A stretch of 56,094 nucleotides of DNA, counting the filler, from Sphacelaria rigidula (Eukaryota), in assembly GCA_964200075.2 (NCBI GenBank). It is 5 parts of 5 records of this genome, joined end to end, with 100 filler letters (N's around TTAATTAATTAA, not from the genome) between each part and the next. Parts side by side here need not be neighbours in the genome. Positions count along the whole stretch, not along the records: positions 11,240 to 22,378 come from CAXNAA020005336.1; positions 22,479 to 33,617 come from CAXNAA020005337.1; 3 more parts are not named here. The stretch is one strand, 5' to 3'. Shown piece after piece: positions 12,021 to 22,529 of this stretch (positions are counted from its first letter, which is position 1; every line of letters begins with the position of its first letter). The position numbers and the translations under genes were made by a program. The notes under the pieces were generated by a model. It worked only from the letters and a program-made list of their open reading frames with translations. It was not told the origin of the DNA and searched no databases.

Positions 12021-13483
12021 CGGTGATGCCGTGTGTTACCAAGTTGGTCTGCACTTCAATGATATGCTTACATCGGGTTCATTCGGGAAACTGGGGGAAG
12101 CTGTGATGTGAGCAACTTTTAGCAGGTTTCAAGCTGGCCCAGCTCGTATTGAAATCGAAAATCTCGAAAAAAGGCTTACATTGTTGGCACTGCTGAGGGA
12201 GACAGCAGAACATATACATATATCCAGTAGTGGAACACACCCGAACAACCGTCTGCTGATTCAAGGCCGGTTCCCAATCGAAACACACTCGTTTAGGGTA
12301 CAGTACGTGATCTGATGAACGGCACCATAAATGGAACACATGAAGCAACGTCGTCCGGTTAAAAGTTCCACACTCAATCAATGAGATGAAACGTTCGGTT
12401 GATTATTGTCCTCACCTGTCCAAAATAAATCCAACCATCCAATCATTCCATCCCATCCCCAAACAAGCATCAATGAATTATAATGCCCATTTTTCTTTTC
12501 TTCACATTATTGCACTGGTCAACAAAAACATTGAAAAGTGGTCAACTTAAGGCGATGAGTAAGAGTCACCCTCAATCAAATGCTAGAGACTCGATTAGTC
12601 GATTACGGTCGCCATGTGTGTTACACGTTTCTACTCTCACATGGAAGCAACAGCTCACCCCTCACCATCAGGGTGGGTCATTTGTTACACTGGTATCGTT
12701 CTCATTTGCAAAACGCGACATTCTTGCTCACGTGCATCAGAATCTCGTTCTCATCATCGATGACCACAACTCATCACGGACACCCTTTTTCGGAAGCTTG
12801 ACTCTAAGCTTTCTCCTTAGCTGCCGAGTGTTTTCCCACAGTTCAGACGCCATCCCACCATCACGGAAAACACGCCGATGGACAGGAAAAGTGTGTGCAT
12901 CAGAGTTTTCGGTGAGTAGACAGAGCGGCCGACCGGCTGCGCGTTCCCGTGAAGACCAAAATAGACAGCCAGCCACGCGACACATGTATCAAGAAAAGCG
13001 AGCGCCTCCGTTGTCCACCTTCGATGTGTCTAGTTTTGTCACCACGATTGGATCCCTGCGGGAATAGTTGTTGTGCGGCAATCAACCGACTTTCGTCCCT
13101 CACTTGTTTCAAGTAAAAACAGAAGGTGACTGGTCTAGTGCAACTTTGCATGCCTGGTGGTAGATTGACCAGGGTTCACTTTTCCACCTTGCCGCGGTGC
13201 TATATTACAGTTGGTCAGTGTGATTCAGTGGCTGGTGGGCCGAGGCACCAAAGCAGGGTGAGATTTTCATTTTCCAGCCAAGGTTGCACCTCATGAAAGT
13301 CACTCGGGGTGTTACGAGTACAGTATTCCGAAGCACCACAGCCGTGCGTGCGTACGACCATCGTTTGCATATTGTAGGAAACATACACGGGGCATTTTTC
13401 GTCGAAACCGCAGGACCGAAAGGGCTGCCGCGTGCCATGTCTTGGCTGTATCCCACGATTTTCTACAGTGGGGAACACTCTGA
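12021..13483 (+). CDS. Candidate 3' exons of an unknown protein gene, convergent with eIF3c
   Basis: Phase-consistent AG/GT chain 12021-12107, 12821-12911, 13211-13257, 13378-13483 (TGA). Strong polypyrimidine acceptors at the first two exons and GTGAG donors. Reads GDAVCYQVGLHFNDMLTSGSFGKLGEAVICRVFSHSSDAIPPSRKTRRWTGKVCASEFSLVSVIQWLVGRGTKAGKHTRGIF..WGTL*. No homology recognised. Confidence 0.4.
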
Positions 13484-13910
13484 AGCACATGCACCCCGAA
13501 TCCAGCAGACAACGAAGGCATCCCACGACAACCATGACCTCTCAATGGATGCTTGCAGCCATCAACATGGAACAACCGGTTCGTTTCAACCATCGATTAC
13601 ACTTCAGGAGTTGTCACGGGTGCACGTTCGATAACTCACAGCGACCACCTCGAGTCTTGAGTAAACCGAGGCAATATCGGTATGTAGGACGATCTATGCG
13701 CACAAGCACACGCGGTCTGAATCAGCACGGGTGATGAAGACAACACGGAAATCAACTCCCACCCTTGTCACAAAACCTCAACTTGACCATCACCCCGACA
13801 CACACAAAGCGCGTGAGAACCTCGCCGAGCCAACGTGCTCTACGAATTTTCGAAAACATCGGTATTTCCCATCACAACCCATACAATCAAAACTCGACAA
13901 CCATAGAACG

Positions 13911-16900
13911 TTAGCGGCGGGGGCCGACGCCCATATCGCGTCTCTCCCTGATGTAGTTTCCTGCCCCTCGTCCGCCGTAACTGCCGCGTCCGCGCCCGCC
14001 TTGGTACCTGTGGCATGTTGCGAAAGTTGCGTGGTGGGAACATGTCAATTCGACTGGGAATGGAATCCTGGAACTGCCAATTCAACAGGATATACTCGCA
14101 CATTTTTGGTGGTACACGCGAACATGCGGCCATCGCCGGAAGACACCTAGGGGCACTGTGTGTAGTGGGTCGTAAGTCTGGTCCGAAATAGCAGAGACGC
14201 GATCTGCTTTTGTGGTCTCCTTCGCCCAAGCCTGTGCCACATGGGCCGGCCATTTTCTGATTTGGTTTCGAGGTTTCAACTTCTTTCTTCCGTCGAGACC
14301 GTCTTTTTCTTTTCCTTTTCCTTTTCTGCTTGGTTTTGTTCTGTCCTCCCAGCTTTGCAGTCTACTCCGTCCGCTCCATCTCTTCGCCTTCTCCACTTCA
14401 CTTCTTCTTCAACGAGCGTTTCCTTGTTGTTCACCTTGGACTCATTCATCCTGTGTATAATGACCACGACTGGGTCCCTATTAATAGAGGAATCAGTTTC
14501 TGTGCACAATCACCGTTCTCCAGCGAACAGACGCCCATGAACAACTCCATACTAGGCACAACGCTTCGTTTTCCCGGGCAACTCACGATCAGTCGCGTTG
14601 AAAGTTATTTCAACCCTTGGACCGTGAGGGGAGTTCATCTGAATCATGCATATTTTCTTCAAGTTAAATTGATGCCCATTCAACGGATGGCCTCTTCTCG
14701 CCGTCCAAGGGTAAAGCACACACTGGAATTTTGACACCGTCGAAAGGTACATTGCGTTCAACATCAACTATCGTGTCTACTGCAACAAATAATATAATCC
14801 ATACTGTACGCAGTACACTTGTTGACAAATGTAATCGATTGTCCACGGTGTGATTGTAAGGCACCCGAGCTATGACTTGCCCCCCCGCCGCCCACACCAT
14901 GTCAGGTGCAGACGACTTGCGGGGAAAAAGCAGCGAGAGAACGACAACAGCCCGGTTCTCCTTAGGATCCTTGATCGATTTGCGCACGCACCGGTTATTC
15001 TGTGTTTGGCCAGGTCTGTTGTAACCTCGCCCCCCGCCCCAGTCCCCGCTGCCGCGTCCTCCTGAGTCGCGATTGTTTTCCCTGTTGCCCCCGCCACGGC
15101 CGCCACTGTTCCAGTCAGACCGTCCGCGCCCGCGGCCCCCGTCGTCTCGGTAACCGTAGCCTCCCGTTCTCGCGTCGATCAAACGCTCGTTGCTTTCTAC
15201 GAGGTTTGCCGCCTGTTGTGGCGGACGTACAAATCATTTCATGGTCGGATAAAGCCGAGGTTCCACGTCGTGCGGTGTGCATCGTTGGGCAACAGGGACT
15301 TTTTGGTACGTAGTCGAAGGGAATGTCTTATCTTGATGATATCGAATACATTTAATTCGTCGTGCTGTTCCCGTGCAGGTGTTACGGAGGTGTCACGATG
15401 TCATGGGCCTCGTCTGATTGCCCTATCACTTTAAATACACGCAACACCGGCGGCACGGATATCGACTGGTACAACCCATGAAAACAGAATCAGGGAATCG
15501 GGCAGGGGCCACCTATCTTCACTCAGCTAGAGTTTGTCCACACGTGCGCTTCAGGCTCATTATATCATATTTGCCATCCTCGTGATGAACGGTGGAGCAG
15601 ATTTCCCTATGATCGTATTATAGCGACATCACACTCAAATCATGGCTTTCCATCAACGTCAGCTCGAATCTAGTTGCTCATGCTTACACAAGTTCAAAGG
15701 CAGTGAAGACACGAGCAGTGCTTGAAAGATCTTCGTCACTCAGCAAGAGTTTGTCCACACGTGCGCTTCAGGCTCATTATATCATATTTGCCATCCTCGT
15801 GACGAAGTGCGAGAGCTTGTTTTCTTCCTACCCTAGACTTGACATATAGATTTTTTTGGTGCACAAGATATTGGCAACGCAAGGTACTTACGCTCTCACA
15901 AAAAAATATCTTCGACTTTTAGTCGCTCATGCACACGTACAAACTAAGAAGCGTTCAAAGCAGGTATGCCTGAGAGATCACCACCACTCAGCGAAAGTTT
16001 GTCCACATGTGCGCTTCAGGCTTATTATATCATTTTTGCCATCCTCGTGATGAACGGTGGAGCAGATTCCCTCATGGTAATACTATACCCACATCACCCT
16101 AGAACGATGACTTTCCATCGACTTCAGCTCGAATCGGGTTGCTCATGCGTACACGACATCTTCGTCACTAAGCAAGAGTTTGTCCACATGTACGCTTCAG
16201 GCTCATTATATCATATTTGCCACCATCGTGACGAAGTGTGAAGGCAGATCTTCGTTCTATCCAAGACTTGACATGGAGACTTCTGTTGTGCACAATATAC
16301 TGGCAACGCAACGTTCTTACGCTCTTACATGAAAATATTTTGTACTTGAGTCGCTCACGCAAACGCACAAGCCGAGTATCGTTCAAAACAGGTATGCCTG
16401 GGACATCATCGTCACTCAGCAAGAGTTAGTCCACATGTGGGCTTCAGGCTCAATATATCATATTTGTCATCCTCGTGACGGTACACCGCCGCTGCAGCGT
16501 AGGACAGCATGAGCGTTACTGCTAATACATCTGTTTCCAACTCCAAGACTCGTCACCATGTCTAGCGATGAATTGTGTGACGCCGTGGGACCACGATTTG
16601 TCGTGCAGCAAGGCCTCACACAGCAAAAGCATACAGCATCAAGTCCAAAACACAAACAGAGGGCGTAGAATGGAGCGACAACGGTCTTACGACGACGGGT
16701 ATGAGAAGACGCCACGCACAAGACAAACAACAGAAGTACATACAAGCTCTTGCCAGCAGCAAAGAGAGGTCGAGGCGCTAAAGGGTTGCGCTAGTCTCTC
16801 CGACCCTTTTCAACCCGTTACTCAAGGGTGCTGAATTATATTCCTCTTCCGATGGGACGTTACGTGTACTCAGCGTGTACCTTATCCGCAAACTTGAGCG

Positions 16901-19900
16901 CCAGCAACTGCAGCGTGTTGGGGTCCTCCTTTCGAAGTACGACGGTCTGCGTCGGCTGGTCCCAGCTGCCGTACAGCTCCTGGAAAAGGTGAAGGACGCG
17001 TGATGCGGGTTTACTGTTTTTGTAGATGGCAAAGCAGCCGTCGCTAAGAAACGCACACAGGGATCGCTGTTAATGCCGCCTAATCAGATGCAATGACGGA
17101 GGCCGAATACCAGAGAACTGAAACAACTTGTGGTGCCAGCATTTTTTGGATTTCAATCTTTGAACCGCACCTGGTCAAGCATCATCTTGCTCATGAGAGA
17201 GTGAGCCTCAGCTTTGTCCATGTCGAACATCTCGCACAGCGTGGGCAAGCTCAAAGACTCGTAGTGCGGGGAGTAGGTGAAAATGTACGTCCTCAACGCC
17301 TGCGCCTGTATCTTAGCCTTCACCATTTTTTTGACAGCATCCACCGTGTTCTCTCCAGGGATGAGGTTCCACACGTCCAGTCTGAGAGGGCATCGTGCCA
17401 AGAGAGAGAGGAACGCTTAGGCTACACCACAACTGTACGATACAGCGCGGATAGCATGAATTGGTGGTCATTCAAATACAGCTCCGACCAATGCATAGCC
17501 TGTCCGCAGATCAAGAGCGACTGCCGCGAACGGTGTGACAAGTCAGTGGGGTATAGCAAGCGTGCGAGGGTAGTCCCCCGCCGGCTGCTGTTGTGAGAGC
17601 AAGGTTCATCTTACAACAACGAAGATAACGTAGCAGACACGTTTTTTGTTCGGAACGTCACGCACTCTCACAAGCATGGATCGCGCGCCCCCGGTGAGGG
17701 AAAAAATTTATCGTACAGATCCCATCCATTAAAAAAAAAGCATTGCACTCGAGTAGGAGAGGTGCAGCTTTGGCCTGGAATAGTTGACGTGCTTCAACCC
17801 CACAGTAAGAAACTGCTGCGAATCGTGACCTGACAGGCTCACAACGCAACAGAATGCCGAAAACAGAACACAATATCCACGCTAGTGAGGCGTTTCAACC
17901 GGGAACTATCATGACAAGAAAACTTCTATGCCGGCGCTTCCGTCACCCGTTTGGTGTTGTCCGCAACTTGTGGATCCATAGATCGCACAATGTGGCTTTG
18001 TTGGTTTGACGTAAGCATCATCCGGAAAGCCAATGGCCAGCTGTGCTATTCCCATTAGTGGGACTATTTGTTCAATCCCCCTATCGTCGTGCGTGCAAAT
18101 ACTGGCAGTTCCCGTCACACGTTGAGTGTCTGTCCTCAAATTGCGGATCCGTAGATCGCACAATATGGATTTGTTGGTTTGACGTAAGCATCACCCGGGA
18201 AGCCAATAACCAGCGATACTAACGCATCGGCATTCCAGTTTGTTCTTCGCTTGTGCGTACATACACTAGCAGTTCCCGTCACACGTTGAGTTTGTCCTCA
18301 AATTGAGCATCCATAGATCGCTCAATGTGGATTTGTTGGTTTGACGTAAGCATCACCCGGGAAGCAAATAACCAGCGATACTAAGGCAACAGCGTAGTGA
18401 AATGTCTACTTCTCCTATCGTGCGTGCAAATGCCAGCTGTACCCATCACACGACATATCCATGTTCTCAATTTGTGTGTCCATAGATCGCCCAATGTGGC
18501 TTTGTTGGTTTGACGTAAGCATCATCCGGAGAGCCAATGGTCAGCTATTCTAACCCCAGTAGTAGGACCATTTATCTACTCTTCCTATCGTCGTGCGTGC
18601 AAATACTAGCAGTTCCCGTCACACGTCGAGTGTCTGTCCTCAACTTGAGGATCCGTAGATCGCACAATGTGGATTTGTTGCTTTGACGTAAGCATCACCC
18701 GCGAAGCTACTTGCCAGCGATACTAACGCTTCAGCATACCAGTCCGTTATTCTCCCGTACGTACAAACACCAGCGGTTCCCGTCACATGTTGAGTGTCTG
18801 TCCTCAGATTGCGGATCCGTAGATCGCACAATGTGGATTTGTTGGTTTGACGTAAGCATCACCCGGGAAGCCAATAACCAGCGATACTAAGGCGACAGCG
18901 GAAGACATCTGTCATTTTCCTATCGTACGTGCAAGTGCCAGTTGTATCCATCACACGCCATGCCCATGTCCTTAACCTATACATCCGTAGATAGCACAAT
19001 GTGACTTTGTTGGTTTGACGTGAAACAGTACCCGCGATCGACACGGCATGAGTGACCAAGGGAATCACCATGTTTGGGAATACCGATACACCAAAAGCAG
19101 ACTTGAGCAACTGACCAGACGTTGCCTAGAACTACAGCCCTCGAGAGCCCACATCTCCACCCGCAAGGGCGTCCCTCGTGTAAGTGCTGGTAAGATGACA
19201 TGGAGGTCTTACGCCTACGTTCCCGACGCCTCATCAGACCTAGTCCTTTCGGAGCTATGTCGCGCGTTTTTTACCACCACATGTTGGATAATGACCAAAC
19301 CTACCCGAGGATGAGGTCCGAGCAGCGGCGCCAGTCTCCCTCCATGAGCCTCTTGGAAGCGGCGATGACATGGTCGCGAATATTCTCCGGGGGCCCCGTA
19401 AACACCTGACGTCCGTCACCATACCACACGTCACATGGTGACATTACGGCCAGTAATTAAGGGGGATTTGGGATAGTGGAGACAGGGCTACTAGAGCTCC
19501 AATGCTTCATGACACGCTGATGAAAGTGTAACCGAAACAACTTCGTTGGGGTTTGCAAAAGCCCAAGATGATAATCACGAGTGTTGCATGTAAACGACAT
19601 CCAGCCCGAGTGTGGCCTAGCGCTGCGAGTTGGGTCATCTGTTGAATGGCGTCACCTTTACTTAAAATATGAATGCCACACACAGATGGCCCACCCTGGC
19701 GGTCAGGGGGTAAAGCTACAGCACTTGCACACTGAGCAGAAAACTCGAGGAGCAGTCTTTCACAGCTTTCAAGGCGACACTGACATGCATATAAAATCGC
19801 CTCGTATCTCATTCCAACGGCGTGTACCAACAACAGAGCTCCTACAGCTAATATACACGGGTTGTACCTGGCGATTGAAGATATCGACGTAACGACGGAA

Positions 19901-21780
19901 GTGCTTGGAAATCACTCGTCGCCGTAGCTCGGTGGACTCTTGAGCCATGTTGGGGACCTCAAGCAGCATGGCGCTCGTCAGGTGGCAACACTCCAGTAGA
20001 TCGAGGTTGATATGCATGTGGTAAGGGGTTTGCCTTCGCCGCTCAGCTTTTTCCTGCTCGGGGGCTTTGTCCTGACCAATCGCATTTGTCATCCAAACAT
20101 CCACACGTTTCGATCGTGCGTCATCAGTACGTCTACCGTGGAGGGAGAAGGGGCGATACAGGTAAGGGTCCTTCTTGAGCGTTTCTCCCCCATGCAATTA
20201 GGAGCGCTATGAGGCAACCCACCACAGTGGTGCGGGTACAACGGGATCAATAAAACACCAACACAACAGCAACCAAAGCTGCCATTCATCGTTAACCCTT
20301 AGGGAACTAGAGTGCTGATTTTTGTTTTGTGAATCTCGGTGAATCGGAATCATTTTGACTTGAAAATGATGCCGATTCACGAAAACAAAAATCAGCCCTC
20401 CCTCGGGGTCTAGTTCCCAAAGGGTTAAAATCCAGGATCGAGCTTACACAGGGAAACAGGTGGGTCAAAAAAGGCACCACGCTCAACGAGTGCGCCATGG
20501 GCAAGCCCAAAGTGGAAGCAGAAATTCATCTCGTCGCTTTCATGCAGCCACCAAGACGCTGACTTGGCAACACAGCCAAACGTGGAAGCCCCGCAATCGG
20601 TTCTCCGCGCGGAAATAACGCATGTTTAGGAGAGACACATCAGCCCCTAGACAACGAGAGTAGGTTATCTGTTGAATCGGCATCAATCTTGATTTGAAGA
20701 AAAAATGCATGTTCCGGATGGACTACCGTCGCCATTCTAGGGTTAGAGGTTAACGTGCCGAACCAACCTGGAAACGGTTGATGTGTATCCCCTGCGCCAA
20801 CAGTTCCTTCACCCTCGACGAGCACACATCACGCAGACAGTCGTGCGCGTCACTGATCATTCCCTTGCGGAACGCGCAGAGTCCAAGGGTCACCATCATG
20901 CGGTTGTAGAGGATCTGGGTGGCCACGTCAGCCTGGTTGATATTGTCCTGCAGATGGCTCATGAGCAATAGATCACGGGCAGGGAAGAACCGATCGTGAA
21001 GTGCGTGATGCGTGATGTGGCAGAGCATCGCGCGCGTGCGGGCGCGGTCATCGCCGTGCTGATAGACCGTCACGCACAGCAGACGCAATTGGTCGGTGTA
21101 GTCCGCCTGCAATAGCACATCGTGACAGAGGGGGTGCGCAGGGCAGCGGAGGATCGAGATTCAATGTTGGTACATGTGAGCTGTTGACGTTTTGGTGCTG
21201 CACCGGTATGACGGTGTCCTACGGAGGGACGCATTCGCAGCTTCAATCGAGACGACATTCGATTTTCACCTTGCGACGAACACATGCGATGTGACCGAGA
21301 CAACACGCGCGACGGACGACAACCCCGACTCACGATAGATGGCACGATTTGCATAAAAGGCAACAGGCGGCGGTGAAAAAACACTCATGCACACAGCAAG
21401 ACCCCTTGGGGTGCGACTCGCTCACCACCACGAGAAAAACAGAAAAAAGATTCGCTAACCCTCGCGCTGTTATGCCGCTTCGTTAGTGGAACGACGCGAG
21501 TAGAACGACGAGATTTTTAACCAAAAACTTGCACTCTTCACCAGCACCTGCAGCTTTTGGACTGAGAGGTCGTTACCTGCTCGTGCTCAACAGCGGGCTG
21601 GCCGAGGAAGGCCGCCGGGTGGCCCTTGGTAACGTCTAGTGCGCCGTCAGAGGGTGCTGAGGCAGAAGCCACGGTGCACGCCGGGTGAAGGTCTTCAGTC
21701 TTGCCCCACTTGTTTGTGAACGCCTGTGCCTTGTGCACGGCACGGGCGATGGACTCGTGCTGGTAGTAAAGGTGTTCCGC
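13911..21780 (-). CDS. eIF3c: Eukaryotic translation initiation factor 3 subunit C, 3' eight exons (5' part outside this contig)
   Basis: Exons 21577-21780, 20768-21106, 19868-20071, 19305-19405, 17171-17381, 16881-16979, 14992-15212, 13911-14007 (TAA). All GT-AG and phase-consistent. Hallmark eIF3c motifs: [76 protein letters not shown], the PCI domain, SWDQPT, and an RGG-rich tail. Confidence 0.96.
15520..16479. repeat. Intronic array: 5 copies of a ~66-bp core separated by alternating A/B spacers
   Basis: Core CACTCAGCAAGAGTTTGTCCACAYGTGCGCTTCAGGCTCATTATATCATATTTGCCATCCTCGTGA at 15520, 15737, 15985, 16166 and 16413; spacings 217, 248, 181, 247. Confidence 0.92.
17935..19022. repeat. Intronic ~168-bp tandem repeat, about 6.5 units, with trimeric higher-order structure
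   Basis: Anchor GACGT(AAGCATCA) at 18008, 18181, 18343, 18512, 18685, 18849 and 19017; periods 173, 162, 169, 173, 164, 168. Confidence 0.95.
20296..20424. mobile_element. piggyBac-like MITE (129 bp) in an eIF3c intron
   Basis: TTAA on both flanks (20292-20295 and 20425-20428). TIR CCCTTAGGGAACTAG / CTAGTTCCCAAAGGG (14/15 match). Confidence 0.75.
20641..20732. repeat. Short dispersed repeat, probably a piggyBac-MITE relative; second copy at about 37468-37568
   Basis: CGAGAGTAGGTTATCTGTTGAATCGGCATC..GCATGTTCCGGATGGACTACC matches CGAGGGTAGGTCACCTGCTGAATCGGCATC..GCATGATCCAGATGGACTACC near 37479. Confidence 0.55.
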
Positions 21781-22378
21781 CTGTTGGGGAATGATCCGTC
21801 AAGAAGGCAGAATGCCGCGATGACGACGTACTTGGGCCTTCAGCACTCTGCATCGTACATTCGTTCCACTTTTCAAACCTATGCGCTCATAATCGCCACC
21901 ATGTAACCGAACTTTTCTTTTCCACCGTCACACTGTCAACCACCCAAACACCCTCTTTCTTCGGGACCACTCCGTGGTCTCGACGAATCAACGACTATCC
22001 AATCGCGATCAATATCAACCATCTTACTATCGCGGGCTAGATCATGACAAATACTCCCACAACGCGTGGGCTCTCGTCGAACGAAGTCTTCTCCCCTACT
22101 CTTTAGCTACTCACGTCCTTCAACCATGAAATTTACACACTTCTCGGGTCGAAAAAGCTAGATACATCGACCGGGAACCAAACCCGTGTTTTTCCTCGGC
22201 CACTGCTTCATTCTCGGGGTGTGGCGGCTCCAAGACTTGTGTGGTGTAAAACCGATGGAACAATATGCACATGACACTGTTAACGGTAGCACCCCCCCCC
22301 CCCCCCCCCCCCCACCCCCACAAACAACATCCACGACACACCCCGCCCCCCCCCCCCCCACCCCCCCCCCCCACAACA

Positions 22379-22478
22379 NNNNNNNNNNNNNNNNNNNNNN
22401 NNNNNNNNNNNNNNNNNNNNNNTTAATTAATTAANNNNNNNNNNNNNNNNNNNNNNNNNNNNNNNNNNNNNNNNNNNN
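22379..22478. other. Assembly spacer
   Basis: 100 bp of N with TTAATTAATTAA. Confidence 0.99.
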
Positions 22479-22529
22479 GCTCCGTCCCGGCTTTGTAGGG
22501 ATGCGAGGTCAATGGTCTCATGACTATGG

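Noticed and set aside
1179..13483. One + strand gene spanning the Gypsy element
   Set aside because: The two exon groups lie on different contigs.
14082..14396. ORF 14082-14396 and a similar stretch at 49400-49560
   Set aside because: Intronic, short and degenerate. They loosely resemble LINE 3' relics but the evidence is too weak to call.
17909..18831. Repeated ORFs [14 protein letters not shown].. as a repeat protein
   Set aside because: Most unit lengths are not multiples of 3 and the frames contain stops; these are by-products of the tandem repeat.
15520..19022. CRISPR interpretation of the two intronic arrays
   Set aside because: Eukaryotic intron, repeats and spacers far too long, spacers recur in AB/ABC order, and no cas genes.
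15520..19022. Hammerhead ribozyme or box C/D snoRNA motifs in the arrays (CTGAGGA, GTGATGA, CTGA)
   Set aside because: The motifs occur only in some units or on inconsistent strands, with no conserved GAAA or proper C-D pairing. Not supportable without Infernal.
22120..22378. Gly/Pro-rich ORFs from poly-C tracts
   Set aside because: Low-complexity sequence at a contig end.
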